Virus record (IMG/VR): IMGVR_UViG_3300029922_000029 | Coordinates: 44,700-108,699 of that record | Reading direction: 5' to 3' (one strand) | Source of the DNA: a virus | Length of the DNA: 64,000 bases | Part shown: one piece after another, positions 1 to 9,059 of the stretch | Layout of the letters: the number at the start of each line of letters is the position of its first letter | Position numbering within the stretch: the stretch's first letter is position 1 | Notes under the pieces: model-generated | The model's input: the letters and a program-made list of their open reading frames with translations, nothing else | What the model was told of the DNA's origin: nothing | Databases searched by the model: none | Made by a program: the position numbers and the translations under genes

Positions 1-1296
1 TGGGAGGTCGAGGATCACAAAGCGGCCTACGGGCAGGGCGATCGCTTCAATCGATCCCGGGACGTGCTGAGCGAAGCCACGATCGAGGCATGGGGCCAAG
101 GCGTCTTTGAATCGATCAGTCAAAGCAGTCTGCGAGAAATCAAAAAATACGTCGATGACTTCCTTGACTTCCTCCACTGCCCGACCTTCAAGAGTTTCGA
201 CTCGATGGACATGATCCGGATCATGTTCGCCTACCTCGACTATCACGACATGTACTTCTGCTTCTATGACATGCCGGTCCAGATGTGCATGGATCAGCAC
301 GAGTTCACCTACATCAATAAAGCGACTGGCGAGACCCTGAACCCAGAGCATACCGAAGTCTTTCGGGTCGCACGCGGCTGGGACTTTGCTCCGTTCCGAA
401 CCTTCAAGCAGCGTATCTCTCATCCTTCCGTTCAGGCATTCGGAAAGGGTGAACAAGTCATGCACTCGAAGGAACAAAGACCCATCACAAGAGAGGATAT
501 TCTTAGAGTTCTCTGCGAACCAGTTTATGGAAATTACGATGAAAACTCTTCTCAATCCAGGCAGTCCGGCCTCAAGGAGTATGTTGAAGATCAGGTCGAT
601 GCTTACTTGAGCGAGCAGACTTTCGATGTGCGCAACGACATGGAGAAGGTCCAGGACTTCAACGATGTTAGGCAGGCCATTATCGAAGCGACAGTCGCAG
701 CTGGGATCGCGGTCTGCGCGTGGATTAAGTCTCCGATGGCTGTCCCGTTTCTGTCCCAGTGGCATCCGGTCTACTATCATATCTTGGGTTGGGACAACGA
801 CACCAACAAAGCCTATATCGAACCCGGAACCGGAGGAGAGGCGGTCGTGACCGGCTGGGAAGTCATGACTCTCAAGTCAGTCACAAAGCTCGAGAATATG
901 CCGGCCGGCAGCTGCCGGAGCTGTCAGCTTACTCTTCACTGCACCCACATTCTGAATGCTAACGCATTGATCTACAAAGTTTGCAGTTGCGGGAAGCCAG
1001 TTCATCCTGATGACCTGGAGCTCGATCTCCACTCAATCCCTGGTCCTTATCGCGGGACCGCAAGGGATGAACGGTGCGTCCCTTATCGGAAGGCGCACCC
1101 GAGTCTGCCTTCGTTTGTCTGTTATCGCTGCGCTGAGAAGCACCTGCTGTTTGAGACCGCCATGCAGGCACCCCCTCAGTACAAATGCTCACGCACAGTC
1201 TGCCCGAATACGGGTTGCGCCCACCATTGGGGTGAGGCAACGCGCCGGCAAGTCCTGAATCAGAGGCGGAGGCAAATGTTGCCAGCCCCATCGTAA
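1..1296 (+). CDS. Hypothetical protein with Cys-rich (multiple Zn-finger-like) C-terminus; 5' truncated by window
   Basis: Frame of ORF 64..1296 is open back to base 1; C-terminal CxxC, CxC, CxxC, Cx4Cx4CxH clusters. Confidence 0.7.
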   Translation, partial: WEVEDHKAAYGQGDRFNRSRDVLSEATIEAWGQGVFESISQSSLREIKKYVDDFLDFLHCPTFKSFDSMDMIRIMFAYLDYHDMYFCFYDMPVQMCMDQHEFTYINKATGETLNPEHTEVFRVARGWDFAPFRTFKQRISHPSVQAFGKGEQVMHSKEQRPITREDILRVLCEPVYGNYDENSSQSRQSGLKEYVEDQVDAYLSEQTFDVRNDMEKVQDFNDVRQAIIEATVAAGIAVCAWIKSPMAVPFLSQWHPVYYHILGWDNDTNKAYIEPGTGGEAVVTGWEVMTLKSVTKLENMPAGSCRSCQLTLHCTHILNANALIYKVCSCGKPVHPDDLELDLHSIPGPYRGTARDERCVPYRKAHPSLPSFVCYRCAEKHLLFETAMQAPPQYKCSRTVCPNTGCAHHWGEATRRQVLNQRRRQMLPAPS

Positions 1297-1361
1297 GGTG
1301 TTAAAAAGAATGTCGAGGCGCCTGTACGAGGCCTCGGCAATTTCTTTACCTCTGAGGACGC

Positions 1362-1844
1362 ATGGACGAGGCAAAATTCAAGAAGCAACTTAGAGCCTCC
1401 TTTCTAGCGCAGACAGCGCTCGCCCAGGGCTACGAGTGGCCGGTCACCGATCCCTTCCGGACTGGCACCGCCGACTTCTTTCTTGCTGTCCGTGGCTGCG
1501 TGATGGCATGCGAGGCCAAGCATATGAAAGAGCTTCCGGTCCGAGAAAACTCGAGAGTCCTCGACCACCCCGTCTCGATGGAGCAGTACAGGTTTCTCAG
1601 ACGTTACCAGGAGAGCGGCTCGCCATCGTTTGTGCTCATCGGTGTTGGTAAGGATGCGGCTGCTTACACCAACCGGATTCAGCTCAATTACACGAAGAAG
1701 GAGCTCATGTTCTTGCCGAGGCTGCAAAGACTCGGGAAAGACCTCTGGGACATGGGACCTTTGATTACGATCATGGCGGATCACAATAAAACCTGGCAGC
1801 CCTATCTCAACCTCCCTGCGGACGCACATGCCAACACCCCCTGA
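1362..1844 (+). CDS. PD-(D/E)XK nuclease, Holliday-junction resolvase/VRR-NUC-like
   Basis: 'E..F', 'GTADFF', 'CEAK' and downstream 'Q..FL' pattern typical of the resolvase fold; GAGGA SD. Confidence 0.7.
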   Translation: MDEAKFKKQLRASFLAQTALAQGYEWPVTDPFRTGTADFFLAVRGCVMACEAKHMKELPVRENSRVLDHPVSMEQYRFLRRYQESGSPSFVLIGVGKDAAAYTNRIQLNYTKKELMFLPRLQRLGKDLWDMGPLITIMADHNKTWQPYLNLPADAHANTP

Positions 1845-2403
1845 AAAACCTCAGTCAAAACCCCAAGGCTTCTTCTTCGAGGAAGATCCGGACTCGACCG
1901 AGAGTGGCGTCGACTGGTCTGAGCAATCCGCATTTTTCAATAGCGTGATCCAGACCGAGGGTAAACATAAAGCTAAAGAAGGCAGCGAGATGCCGTCCAT
2001 GGTTCCGATGGGGATCCAGTCGGAAGCAAGCCTTAAGCGTCTCCAGAATGGTTGGATCGCAGTGGAGTTTGGGAAAGTCAGGAAAGACTACGCGATCCAC
2101 ACCATCCCCATCAACCCGCGAGTCGACTTCGGAAACAAGGACGTCTTCGCGCAGACTTGTCGGATCACGATCCTTCTCCTGAACGAGATCGTGCCCTTCG
2201 ATCTTCAAGTGAACGTATTCCCTCCGGATCCGAACTGGTCGGTGAAAGCGGTCAGCTATAAAATCATTGGTGGCGTGGATGCTTGGAACCTCGACCTGGA
2301 TAAACTCGAAGCAGAGGTCATGCCTAAAATCCTCGAGCAGCTCACCCAGTACTGCATGGCCAAAAATACTCAGCGCGGCCCTCAACCGGGTCCACGGCGA
2401 TGA
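1828..2403 (+). CDS. Hypothetical protein
   Basis: 191-aa ORF overlapping both neighbours (operon-like). Confidence 0.65.
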   Translation: MPTPPEKPQSKPQGFFFEEDPDSTESGVDWSEQSAFFNSVIQTEGKHKAKEGSEMPSMVPMGIQSEASLKRLQNGWIAVEFGKVRKDYAIHTIPINPRVDFGNKDVFAQTCRITILLLNEIVPFDLQVNVFPPDPNWSVKAVSYKIIGGVDAWNLDLDKLEAEVMPKILEQLTQYCMAKNTQRGPQPGPRR

Positions 2404-3200
2404 AACTCAGGTCACTGGGGTCCGGTTCCTCCACCTGTCGTCACCCGCTCGTGCCGTCCTGCTGGCTTCTTCAGTCGGCCGGCGCGACTGTGGTGATTGG
2501 AGCTCCTTGGCAGCTGGCAGCTAGGCTTGAAGCGATCGGAATCAGTCTTGACCAGATTGATATGATCCTTCCCCTCTCGCCCCGCGGCGACCAGATCGGT
2601 GGCCTGGAAGAGATTGCTCACTATTTCATGGGCAAGTCGAAGAAACCCTACCTTGTGGCACCCGAGAAGCTGCTTCAGAAAATCAAGGAGCGGATCGAGC
2701 CGGCCTTCCTATTTTACCTGAAGGAACTGTTTCAGGTGAAGGCAGTGTCTCGGATCCAGGTAAAAGAAGAGCATATCTCAGAGACCCTGAGCTTCGTGCC
2801 CAACTACTTGGACCTCAACATCCCTTCCTACGGCATCCGACTCGAGGACGCCAAGATCTTCATCACAGGCGAGACGGCCCTCAATGAAACCTGGCTGTTC
2901 AAGGAAATGGGCTGCAACGCGATCCTACACAGCTGTAATTTATCAGCAGGCATTACGGGTTATCCAGGCCCTCCAAGTCTTGCCGAGCTTCAGACCCTCC
3001 CCGTCTATCTGCAGAACAAACTCTGGCTCTACGGTTACGGCAATGCGTTCGCTGAGCACGAGTCCCAGATTATCCCTATGCTCTTTCTGCCTCAGGGCGC
3101 CGCAGTCTATGACAGCGCGAGGCGTGACAAGATTCTCAACAAAGAGCGTTATTTACGGGAAAACGCAAAGCGTCTTCTGGGTAACGAACGAGAACCCTGA
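2400..3200 (+). CDS. Metallo-beta-lactamase/RNase Z-fold protein, metal-binding motif degenerate
   Basis: MKLRSLGSGS start, 'IDMIL', 'IGGLEE', 'SYG', 'ITGET', 'LYGY' align by eye to the RNase Z-like scaffold, but HxHxDH reads LSPRGDQ. Confidence 0.7.
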   Translation: MKLRSLGSGSSTCRHPLVPSCWLLQSAGATVVIGAPWQLAARLEAIGISLDQIDMILPLSPRGDQIGGLEEIAHYFMGKSKKPYLVAPEKLLQKIKERIEPAFLFYLKELFQVKAVSRIQVKEEHISETLSFVPNYLDLNIPSYGIRLEDAKIFITGETALNETWLFKEMGCNAILHSCNLSAGITGYPGPPSLAELQTLPVYLQNKLWLYGYGNAFAEHESQIIPMLFLPQGAAVYDSARRDKILNKERYLRENAKRLLGNEREP

Positions 3201-3232
3201 GTCCCGACGCTAATGCCCAAGAGTCCCAAGAG

Positions 3233-3261
3233 TTGACAGGGAAGTAATTGCCGAGTAATCT
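3233..3261 (+). promoter_or_regulatory. Sigma70-type promoter, probably giving a leaderless mRNA
   Basis: TTGACA (3233-38), 17-bp spacer, TAATCT (3256-61); ATG 6 nt downstream with no SD. Confidence 0.65.
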
Positions 3262-3267
3262 CGGCAC

Positions 3268-3555
3268 ATGAAGAAGAACAAGGCGCAATGCCAACGAGTC
3301 CACGCAAAGAAACGGGCACTGGAAAGGTATGACCTAGACCTCAATCGAGACGCCCTCGAGGAGATCGTCAGCCGCATCCAAAACGGGGTCGGCATTAAGA
3401 TGGTGCTCAAACAAAGCCTCAGGATCTCCCACTACGAGATGACGGTTCAGGAGAAACTGGTGCGAGTCGTTTATGACCGGTCTCGCAAGACAGTCGTCAC
3501 CTTTCTGCCCCTGATTCCTGCCACCGATATTCAGCACGACCCCGTGGATTGGTGA
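3268..3555 (+). CDS. DUF4258/RelE-like (BECR-fold) small protein
   Basis: 'HAKKRALERY' helix plus C-terminal 'VVYD...VVTFL' strands. Confidence 0.55.
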   Translation: MKKNKAQCQRVHAKKRALERYDLDLNRDALEEIVSRIQNGVGIKMVLKQSLRISHYEMTVQEKLVRVVYDRSRKTVVTFLPLIPATDIQHDPVDW

Positions 3556-3602
3556 ATCAAAAAGTCGGGATTATCTGGCATAAGAAAGATAGGAGAAAAC
3601 TT

Positions 3603-4034
3603 ATGAAAACAGCTGAGAAGATTGTGAAGGGGAGCTATTGGGCTACCGACAGTGGAGATTGCGCTCGAATCGATGCGGATGATTATCCCACCGAAGACTC
3701 GATTGTGGGTCGTATTTATTCACGTCGACTGAATAAGTGGCGCATAAGTCCGTCCTCATGGCGGAGCGATGGGGAGTACTATAATGGCCCTGGGACCTTG
3801 ACTGATAATAAGTTGCTCAAGCCTTGGACCGGTCCTCTGCCTTGGGCAGAGAAAAAATCAGAACCAAAACCCCGCATGCTGGCCTACTTGGTCAACGTGA
3901 AGGTGAAGAACACGACTCGCCGTCGGTGGTCTCTGAGATTCTATAAAGAAACCGACATGGTCGGAATTGACAACGACTTCGTGAAACGCGCCCCCTGGCT
4001 CGATGAACCCTTTAACCCGACTGGACAACCATGA
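3603..4034 (+). CDS. Hypothetical protein
   Basis: ATG 3603 after AGGAG SD and GGCATAAG motif. Confidence 0.65.
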   Translation: MKTAEKIVKGSYWATDSGDCARIDADDYPTEDSIVGRIYSRRLNKWRISPSSWRSDGEYYNGPGTLTDNKLLKPWTGPLPWAEKKSEPKPRMLAYLVNVKVKNTTRRRWSLRFYKETDMVGIDNDFVKRAPWLDEPFNPTGQP

Positions 4035-4657
4035 AACTCATCACTCTGATTCCCTTTCTTTCACTCCTTCTGCTGTCTACTGGCTTCGCTCATCATGCCC
4101 CGGCCCCATTGCCGAGCTCAACGCCTGCTGTCGTTGCAGCCCTCCCAAGTCCCGCTCCGACCGCCACCACCCACGTGGACCCGCTCTCTCCAACGATCAC
4201 TCTCGATTGTGATTCGACTTGTCTACCCAACGAGGTGGCCCAGCTACCGGCGCTGCAAGCCAAGATGAATGAGGTTTTGAACTCGGATTGCCTATCTGCT
4301 TACTTCCTTACTCCTCATCGCCGGATCGATAATAGGGACGACCTCACGCCCGAGCAGGTATTGTTGAAGCTCAGGCAGCCCTCCCATCTCACGCTCAACT
4401 ATTTCTACAAGAGCGGGACCAAAGAAGAAGGCTACGAGTCGGCCGTCGACTTCTCCGTTATTCACATGAATCGAGCCTATACGGCTACGTGGACGTTATG
4501 CGAGGTGACATCGCTAGGTCTTCATGAGATGACCCATACCAAGCAATTCTGGCATCCGGGTGGATTCAATCAAGCGAAGAAAGATTACTTCACGGTTCCC
4601 TATCAAGCCAATAATGCAACCGAAGGAAGGGACAATATGTCTGCGTGCTGCCAGTGA
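4031..4657 (+). CDS. Secreted zincin-like metallopeptidase
   Basis: N-terminal signal peptide, Pro/Thr linker, 'LHEMTH..QFWH' (HExxH plus third His). Confidence 0.6.
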   Translation: MKLITLIPFLSLLLLSTGFAHHAPAPLPSSTPAVVAALPSPAPTATTHVDPLSPTITLDCDSTCLPNEVAQLPALQAKMNEVLNSDCLSAYFLTPHRRIDNRDDLTPEQVLLKLRQPSHLTLNYFYKSGTKEEGYESAVDFSVIHMNRAYTATWTLCEVTSLGLHEMTHTKQFWHPGGFNQAKKDYFTVPYQANNATEGRDNMSACCQ

Positions 4658-4980
4658 TCAACATCCCACAGCCCAGACAGGACAAGGTCCTCACCGACCT
4701 CGACGGGAATCGTTATATTTGGGAGGCCGATGCCAAAGAAACATTCGCCGATCTGACCCACCGCCTGAACAAAGCGGAAGAGGTCATTCAGTATTTCGTC
4801 GATCGGGCTACCGACTTCAACCATCCAGAAGGTTGGATCCAGAGCAAAAAGACTCTTGCTCGGATGCAGTTTGCCCTCACTGTTGTTCAGACCGGGAAGG
4901 AACCACCGCCGGAAGCCCCAACCCGCCCAGAACAGCCACACAACACTCCGTCATCTCACTACGAACGACGTCCACTCTAA
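4645..4980 (+). CDS. Hypothetical protein
   Basis: Fills gap in co-oriented array. Confidence 0.55.
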   Translation: MLPVINIPQPRQDKVLTDLDGNRYIWEADAKETFADLTHRLNKAEEVIQYFVDRATDFNHPEGWIQSKKTLARMQFALTVVQTGKEPPPEAPTRPEQPHNTPSSHYERRPL

Positions 4981-4994
4981 CGCAAGGAAGCCAA

Positions 4995-5288
4995 ATGATC
5001 ACCCTTCTCCTCGCTCTCGCTTCTGCCCCTCAGTTCGAACATCCTCACCCCGGTCACGAACCCGGTCCATCTATAGGCCATGGATCCTGCATCAAGGAAC
5101 ACCCTGCGGCTGATTCGGATCGCGGAGTCACGGATATGCCGTATCTGATTGACCACCAAGAAGTCGAAGCGGTGGCGAGTCCATTGCCTGGGCAGATCAA
5201 AAAGAAGCAGAAGTACGCCTCTCACTTTCATCACAGTTATCCTCACTGCCTCGACTCTTGTGGTAATTGGATTGCGGGGTGTAGATAA
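4995..5288 (+). CDS. Hypothetical His/Cys-rich protein with hydrophobic N-terminus
   Basis: ATG 4995 after AAGGAAG; MITLLLALASA. Confidence 0.55.
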   Translation: MITLLLALASAPQFEHPHPGHEPGPSIGHGSCIKEHPAADSDRGVTDMPYLIDHQEVEAVASPLPGQIKKKQKYASHFHHSYPHCLDSCGNWIAGCR

Positions 5289-5813
5289 ATGATTATTCCG
5301 CTCGATGTCCAAGAACAGAGACCTATGGTTGAGCTTCCCCTCCGAGGTGTAGATCTCAGAGCCTTTCTGCTTCGCGTAGAGTTCGCATTGATCGTCCAGG
5401 CACTCGAACGAACGAGCAACCACAAGACTCATGCCGCCGAGATTCTTCACATCAAACGTTCCACTTTGATAGAAAAGATGCGGCGTTTGGGATTACCTTT
5501 GTGCGTGAAGACTCGCCAGACTCCGGACACCGGAAGTCTCAAAGACAGGGCAAATGCGCATACAAAACGAGTTCAAGCTAAGAAAAAAAAGAGAGCGCGG
5601 CTAAAACCTAAATTAGAAATACAAAAAGAAGAAATCATCCATCGTGTCATGGGACTAATGGGATGGGACGCCGATAGGGCTGCTGTTTGGTACCGCACCT
5701 CTAACCCAAACTTTGGGGGCGCATCAGCTGATCATCTTGTTCAAATGAATCGCGGCCGCAAAGTCTTAGCCTTTATTGAATCAGCAGAGAAAGAAAGTAA
5801 GCCAGCCGCCTGA
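5289..5813 (+). CDS. Fis-type HTH fused to Xre/MbcA/ParS-like antitoxin C-terminal domain
   Basis: 'IVQALERTSNHKTHAAEILHIKRSTLIEKMRRLG' (Fis/NtrC HTH); 'AAVWYRTSNPNFGGASADHLV...GRKVL' (DUF2384-like). Confidence 0.75.
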   Translation: MIIPLDVQEQRPMVELPLRGVDLRAFLLRVEFALIVQALERTSNHKTHAAEILHIKRSTLIEKMRRLGLPLCVKTRQTPDTGSLKDRANAHTKRVQAKKKKRARLKPKLEIQKEEIIHRVMGLMGWDADRAAVWYRTSNPNFGGASADHLVQMNRGRKVLAFIESAEKESKPAA

Positions 5814-5872
5814 ATCCGCTATGAAGTAGAATCGTCATCCTTTCAAACTACAAACACCACCGGAACCCCACC

Positions 5873-6247
5873 ATGAAAAAACTGATTGTGCTGTTTTCGG
5901 CCATCTTGCTCAGCCTGCTCTATTACACCTTCACGTTGACGGAGTCCTTGTCAAACAGTGAATCTCAGGAGAACAGTAAACAAGCTACCATCGACGACCT
6001 CTCGAAATGGCTTGCCGAATCGCGACTTCAAACGATCCAAGCTGAAATCGAAATCAAAAAGAACAAGCTCATCACGGAAGCAGAATGCTCCATCAGGCTT
6101 CTTGAGGTTGCGAAGAAGGCCGAGCCACCTCAAAATGATGAATCCGTAACGGATCCGCAAGTTGTTTGGACTTCGGCTTATGGAACTCGGGAGACTTCGG
6201 GGACATCTGTCAGTGATCGATATGAAAAGGAGCAGGCAAATGAGTAA
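5873..6247 (+). CDS. Membrane-anchored coiled-coil protein
   Basis: N-terminal hydrophobic helix followed by heptad-like segment. Confidence 0.6.
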   Translation: MKKLIVLFSAILLSLLYYTFTLTESLSNSESQENSKQATIDDLSKWLAESRLQTIQAEIEIKKNKLITEAECSIRLLEVAKKAEPPQNDESVTDPQVVWTSAYGTRETSGTSVSDRYEKEQANE

Positions 6248-6605
6248 AATAGGTAAACCGATCCGATCGAGACTGAATCAGGTTGAGCGAGGAGTTTACG
6301 AAAAAAATCTTTCAATGGGAAGTATGAGAAGCGCTAAGGAAGATGCAGAAATCATTCTAGAGTTGGATGACGCCCTAATCATCATGACGAAGCGTTACGA
6401 AGACCAGCTTTCATGCTGGCAAGTCAGCGAGCACGAATTCATCACGAAACGTGAAGCAGGTTATCTGGCGAAAATAGCCGAACTTGAGAAAAGACCGGCC
6501 ACAGGGCCTCGTGAGTGGTCAATAACGGAACAGTACATCATCGACGGCCCAGATCTGATTGAAGGCGAAGTGGTTACGGTCGTAGAAGTCTTGGAAGGAA
6601 AATAG
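6240..6605 (+). CDS. Hypothetical protein
   Basis: ATG 6240 after AGGAG, overlaps upstream stop. Confidence 0.6.
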   Translation: MSKIGKPIRSRLNQVERGVYEKNLSMGSMRSAKEDAEIILELDDALIIMTKRYEDQLSCWQVSEHEFITKREAGYLAKIAELEKRPATGPREWSITEQYIIDGPDLIEGEVVTVVEVLEGK

Positions 6606-6606
6606 T

Positions 6607-7029
6607 ATGGATAGCAGTGGAAAAATTCATCATCTCACAGAAGAAGAATCAGCAGCAACCAAGCTTCGGTATGACGCCGAGACGGCGGCAGGAGAGAAGC
6701 ACGAGATGACTCCCATCACGGAGAAGCTGGCTCGATTCATGGCTTCACGGAGCAAACTCTTTCGGGAGACGTGGGGTAGGAAGTTCTCTCGTGGGCTCAC
6801 GCCAGTCGAGAAGAATGGGCTACAGACGATGTTGTTCGAGTTTCTCCACAAGGAGAAGGACGCGCAACTGAAGAAGTTGGGTGATATCCCCATGCAGCGT
6901 CATCAAGCAGCCCAGATTGTTATGGCCCCAGAAGGAGAGCGAAGTCATGAAAGAAGTATCGCAGCCGAACAAATCCTTGGAGAGCGAATCCGCGGGCAAC
7001 GAGTCGAAGACATGCCTGACGGAAGCTGA
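6607..7029 (+). CDS. Hypothetical protein
   Basis: Co-oriented ORF abutting upstream stop. Confidence 0.6.
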   Translation: MDSSGKIHHLTEEESAATKLRYDAETAAGEKHEMTPITEKLARFMASRSKLFRETWGRKFSRGLTPVEKNGLQTMLFEFLHKEKDAQLKKLGDIPMQRHQAAQIVMAPEGERSHERSIAAEQILGERIRGQRVEDMPDGS

Positions 7030-7327
7030 ACTCAAACTCATCGACAGGGCATGGAAGTCGGGTCAATTCCAGAATTATGTGCAAGGGCCTGCGAACGCCA
7101 CGATGCTTGTAGCAAAGATGGTAAAAGAAATTAGGCGTCTGCGGATAAAGTGCGGGGAAAGCCGGATGATTATGGGTTACTTGGTCCCTTGGGATACCTG
7201 TAGCATCTGCGGAAACAAGGCAGAATCGAAGGAGGACCTTTGTGGTCATCTTAGGGTCAACAGAGATCAGGTACACCCCGATCCACTTCGGCCACTGCAA
7301 AAGGTGCCGGAAGATCCGAACGTTTAA
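6947..7327 (+). CDS. Hypothetical protein with CxxC-x10-CxH Zn-knuckle resembling the one in the prohead protease
   Basis: 'MGYLVPWDTCSICGNKAESKEDLCGHL' vs protease 'MGAKLPYDVCNICLNKAKTRAEYCDHL'. Confidence 0.6.
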   Translation: MKEVSQPNKSLESESAGNESKTCLTEAELKLIDRAWKSGQFQNYVQGPANATMLVAKMVKEIRRLRIKCGESRMIMGYLVPWDTCSICGNKAESKEDLCGHLRVNRDQVHPDPLRPLQKVPEDPNV

Positions 7328-7417
7328 GTGTACTTTCTCACTGCCATTCGTTATGTATTGGTGCAGTCACTGCCGATTAGGTGGGTCGGCCACAACCTTG
7401 AGAGAATGGAGTAAGAA

Positions 7418-7618
7418 ATGCAGGTCACGCAAATGAATCTGATCTTCGATGTTTTCTTTCTGGCAAGTCCTCTCATCTTGTTGGGCATAGGCATCTTCCG
7501 CTACCTCGAGCACGGGTGGGGTGCCTGCTGGTTGGAATTTCTGTTTGCACTCTTTCTGTTGTGTTTTGTGGTAAATTCGGTGCGGGAAATGGGCTGGTTC
7601 CCGGCGAGTGGGTATTAA
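7418..7618 (+). CDS. Small two-TM membrane protein
   Basis: Two hydrophobic helices. Confidence 0.5.
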   Translation: MQVTQMNLIFDVFFLASPLILLGIGIFRYLEHGWGACWLEFLFALFLLCFVVNSVREMGWFPASGY

Positions 7619-7636
7619 GCTGATGACGGCGAAAGG

Positions 7637-7894
7637 TTGTTGATGGCAGCACATACCGTTCAGTTCATTGTCTACTTTGATGATTCCAAGAAGCGTCGCA
7701 ATCTTTGCTGGCCGGGAACAAAGGAGAAGCTCCCTATTCCATCCTGCGAGTTCTGTCACCGGGAACCACCCGAGGTAAAACGGTTCTTGATCTTAGAGGG
7801 GGTATCTCTGTGTGCGGAGTGTGTGGAGCTCGATCTGAAGAGGATGCGGGAGACCGAAGAGCGTTCTGAACGCCAGAGAGGGATAGAGAAATGA
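7637..7894 (+). CDS. ClpX C4-type zinc-finger protein
   Basis: 'CEFCHREPPEVKRFLILEGVSLCAECVEL' matches the ClpX N-domain pattern CxFC-x(18)-CxEC. Confidence 0.7.
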   Translation: MLMAAHTVQFIVYFDDSKKRRNLCWPGTKEKLPIPSCEFCHREPPEVKRFLILEGVSLCAECVELDLKRMRETEERSERQRGIEK

Positions 7895-8145
7895 GCCACT
7901 ACTGCGGCCACGGATTCATCAAGGCTTGCCAGAAATGCTTCGACGAGAAAATGGGCGTTGCCCAAGACAGGATCAAGACCCTCGAGAAAGCTCTCCACGA
8001 ACTCTGTGAGCTCAAGATCGTCAAGGATGTGCAGGGTGACGTGCCCTGGTATCGGGAGCGTAAGGGGCCGGCATGGGCGAGTGCTTTTGCTTGCTTTCCG
8101 GAGTACGCCAAGGAGGAGGCTCTGAATGGAGCAGAAACTTCGTAA
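7891..8145 (+). CDS. Hypothetical protein
   Basis: ATGA overlap; N-terminal CxHx5CxxC. Confidence 0.55.
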   Translation: MSHYCGHGFIKACQKCFDEKMGVAQDRIKTLEKALHELCELKIVKDVQGDVPWYRERKGPAWASAFACFPEYAKEEALNGAETS

Positions 8146-8301
8146 AAACGTAGGAGATGTATTGCACCTCGTGGTATCAGCACTGACCAAAGCTAAAATC
8201 ACACAAGATGACTACAACTTTGACAGGTACAGCACACTCCTTAAGGCCAGGCTTCTCACGCAAGCTGAAATTAATGATTGTATGGAGTACCTGGAGCCTT
8301 C

Positions 8302-8634
8302 ATGAAAACCGTCATCAAGAGCAAAAATCTCAGTTTCCAAGAAGCAGTGAGTGCCTGGAAAACCGACAAGCGCAGGTTCAGGCGAAAGGACGATGAGTAC
8401 TGGCATGAGATGCACGAAGGAAAGTTGACCCGTGGCGAAGGCGGCAACGGGATCCGAGGACTCACTGTAGATGATGCTCTGGCTCAAGATTGGGAGCTCG
8501 AGCAGATCTATAGGCAGTGCAGTGCCGAGGAAATCATTGAGGCCATGCTCATCTCTGTCCGTCAAACCGCTAACCATCGTCTGGGCCCTATGGAGCATCT
8601 GAACAATGCTCTGATTGAGCTCGGGCTCCTCTAG
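8302..8634 (+). CDS. DUF2829/Tad2-like protein
   Basis: 'LSFQEAVSAWK...FRR...DALAQDWE' signature. Confidence 0.5.
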   Translation: MKTVIKSKNLSFQEAVSAWKTDKRRFRRKDDEYWHEMHEGKLTRGEGGNGIRGLTVDDALAQDWELEQIYRQCSAEEIIEAMLISVRQTANHRLGPMEHLNNALIELGLL

Positions 8635-8787
8635 GAGTTATCGTATGTACAACGGTCCCCTGAAAAAGACGCCGCCTGGATTTGGTCTGAGTCTATTCGT
8701 CTTGATCCTGAGTGTAGGTTTTGTTACATCAGGCAGTATGCTTCTCTATATTTCATACAAACTAATTCGCGCCGCAGGAGGTCATCC

Positions 8788-9024
8788 ATGAAGAAGGTCC
8801 ACGTAAAACAAGTCCCTGAAGCCGAAGTCCCCGTTGAGATCCTGGCCTCCTCGATTGTCCAGGTCGCCGCCGGCATGAAGCGGATCAATGAATCCCGGCT
8901 GACTCGTAAGGCACTCGTTGTGCTCCTCGTTCATGATACGGGCTTGGGCCACGGAGCCGTATCCACTGTTCTCGATAGTCTCGACTCACTCGAGGCTACG
9001 TACCTCAAACCCCTGAAGAAGTAA
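8788..9024 (+). CDS. Hypothetical protein
   Basis: AGGAGG SD; 78 aa. Confidence 0.65.
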   Translation: MKKVHVKQVPEAEVPVEILASSIVQVAAGMKRINESRLTRKALVVLLVHDTGLGHGAVSTVLDSLDSLEATYLKPLKK

Positions 9025-9059
9025 CTGAAGATTTGTCCGGTGCTTTCCCGGGCAATCAT

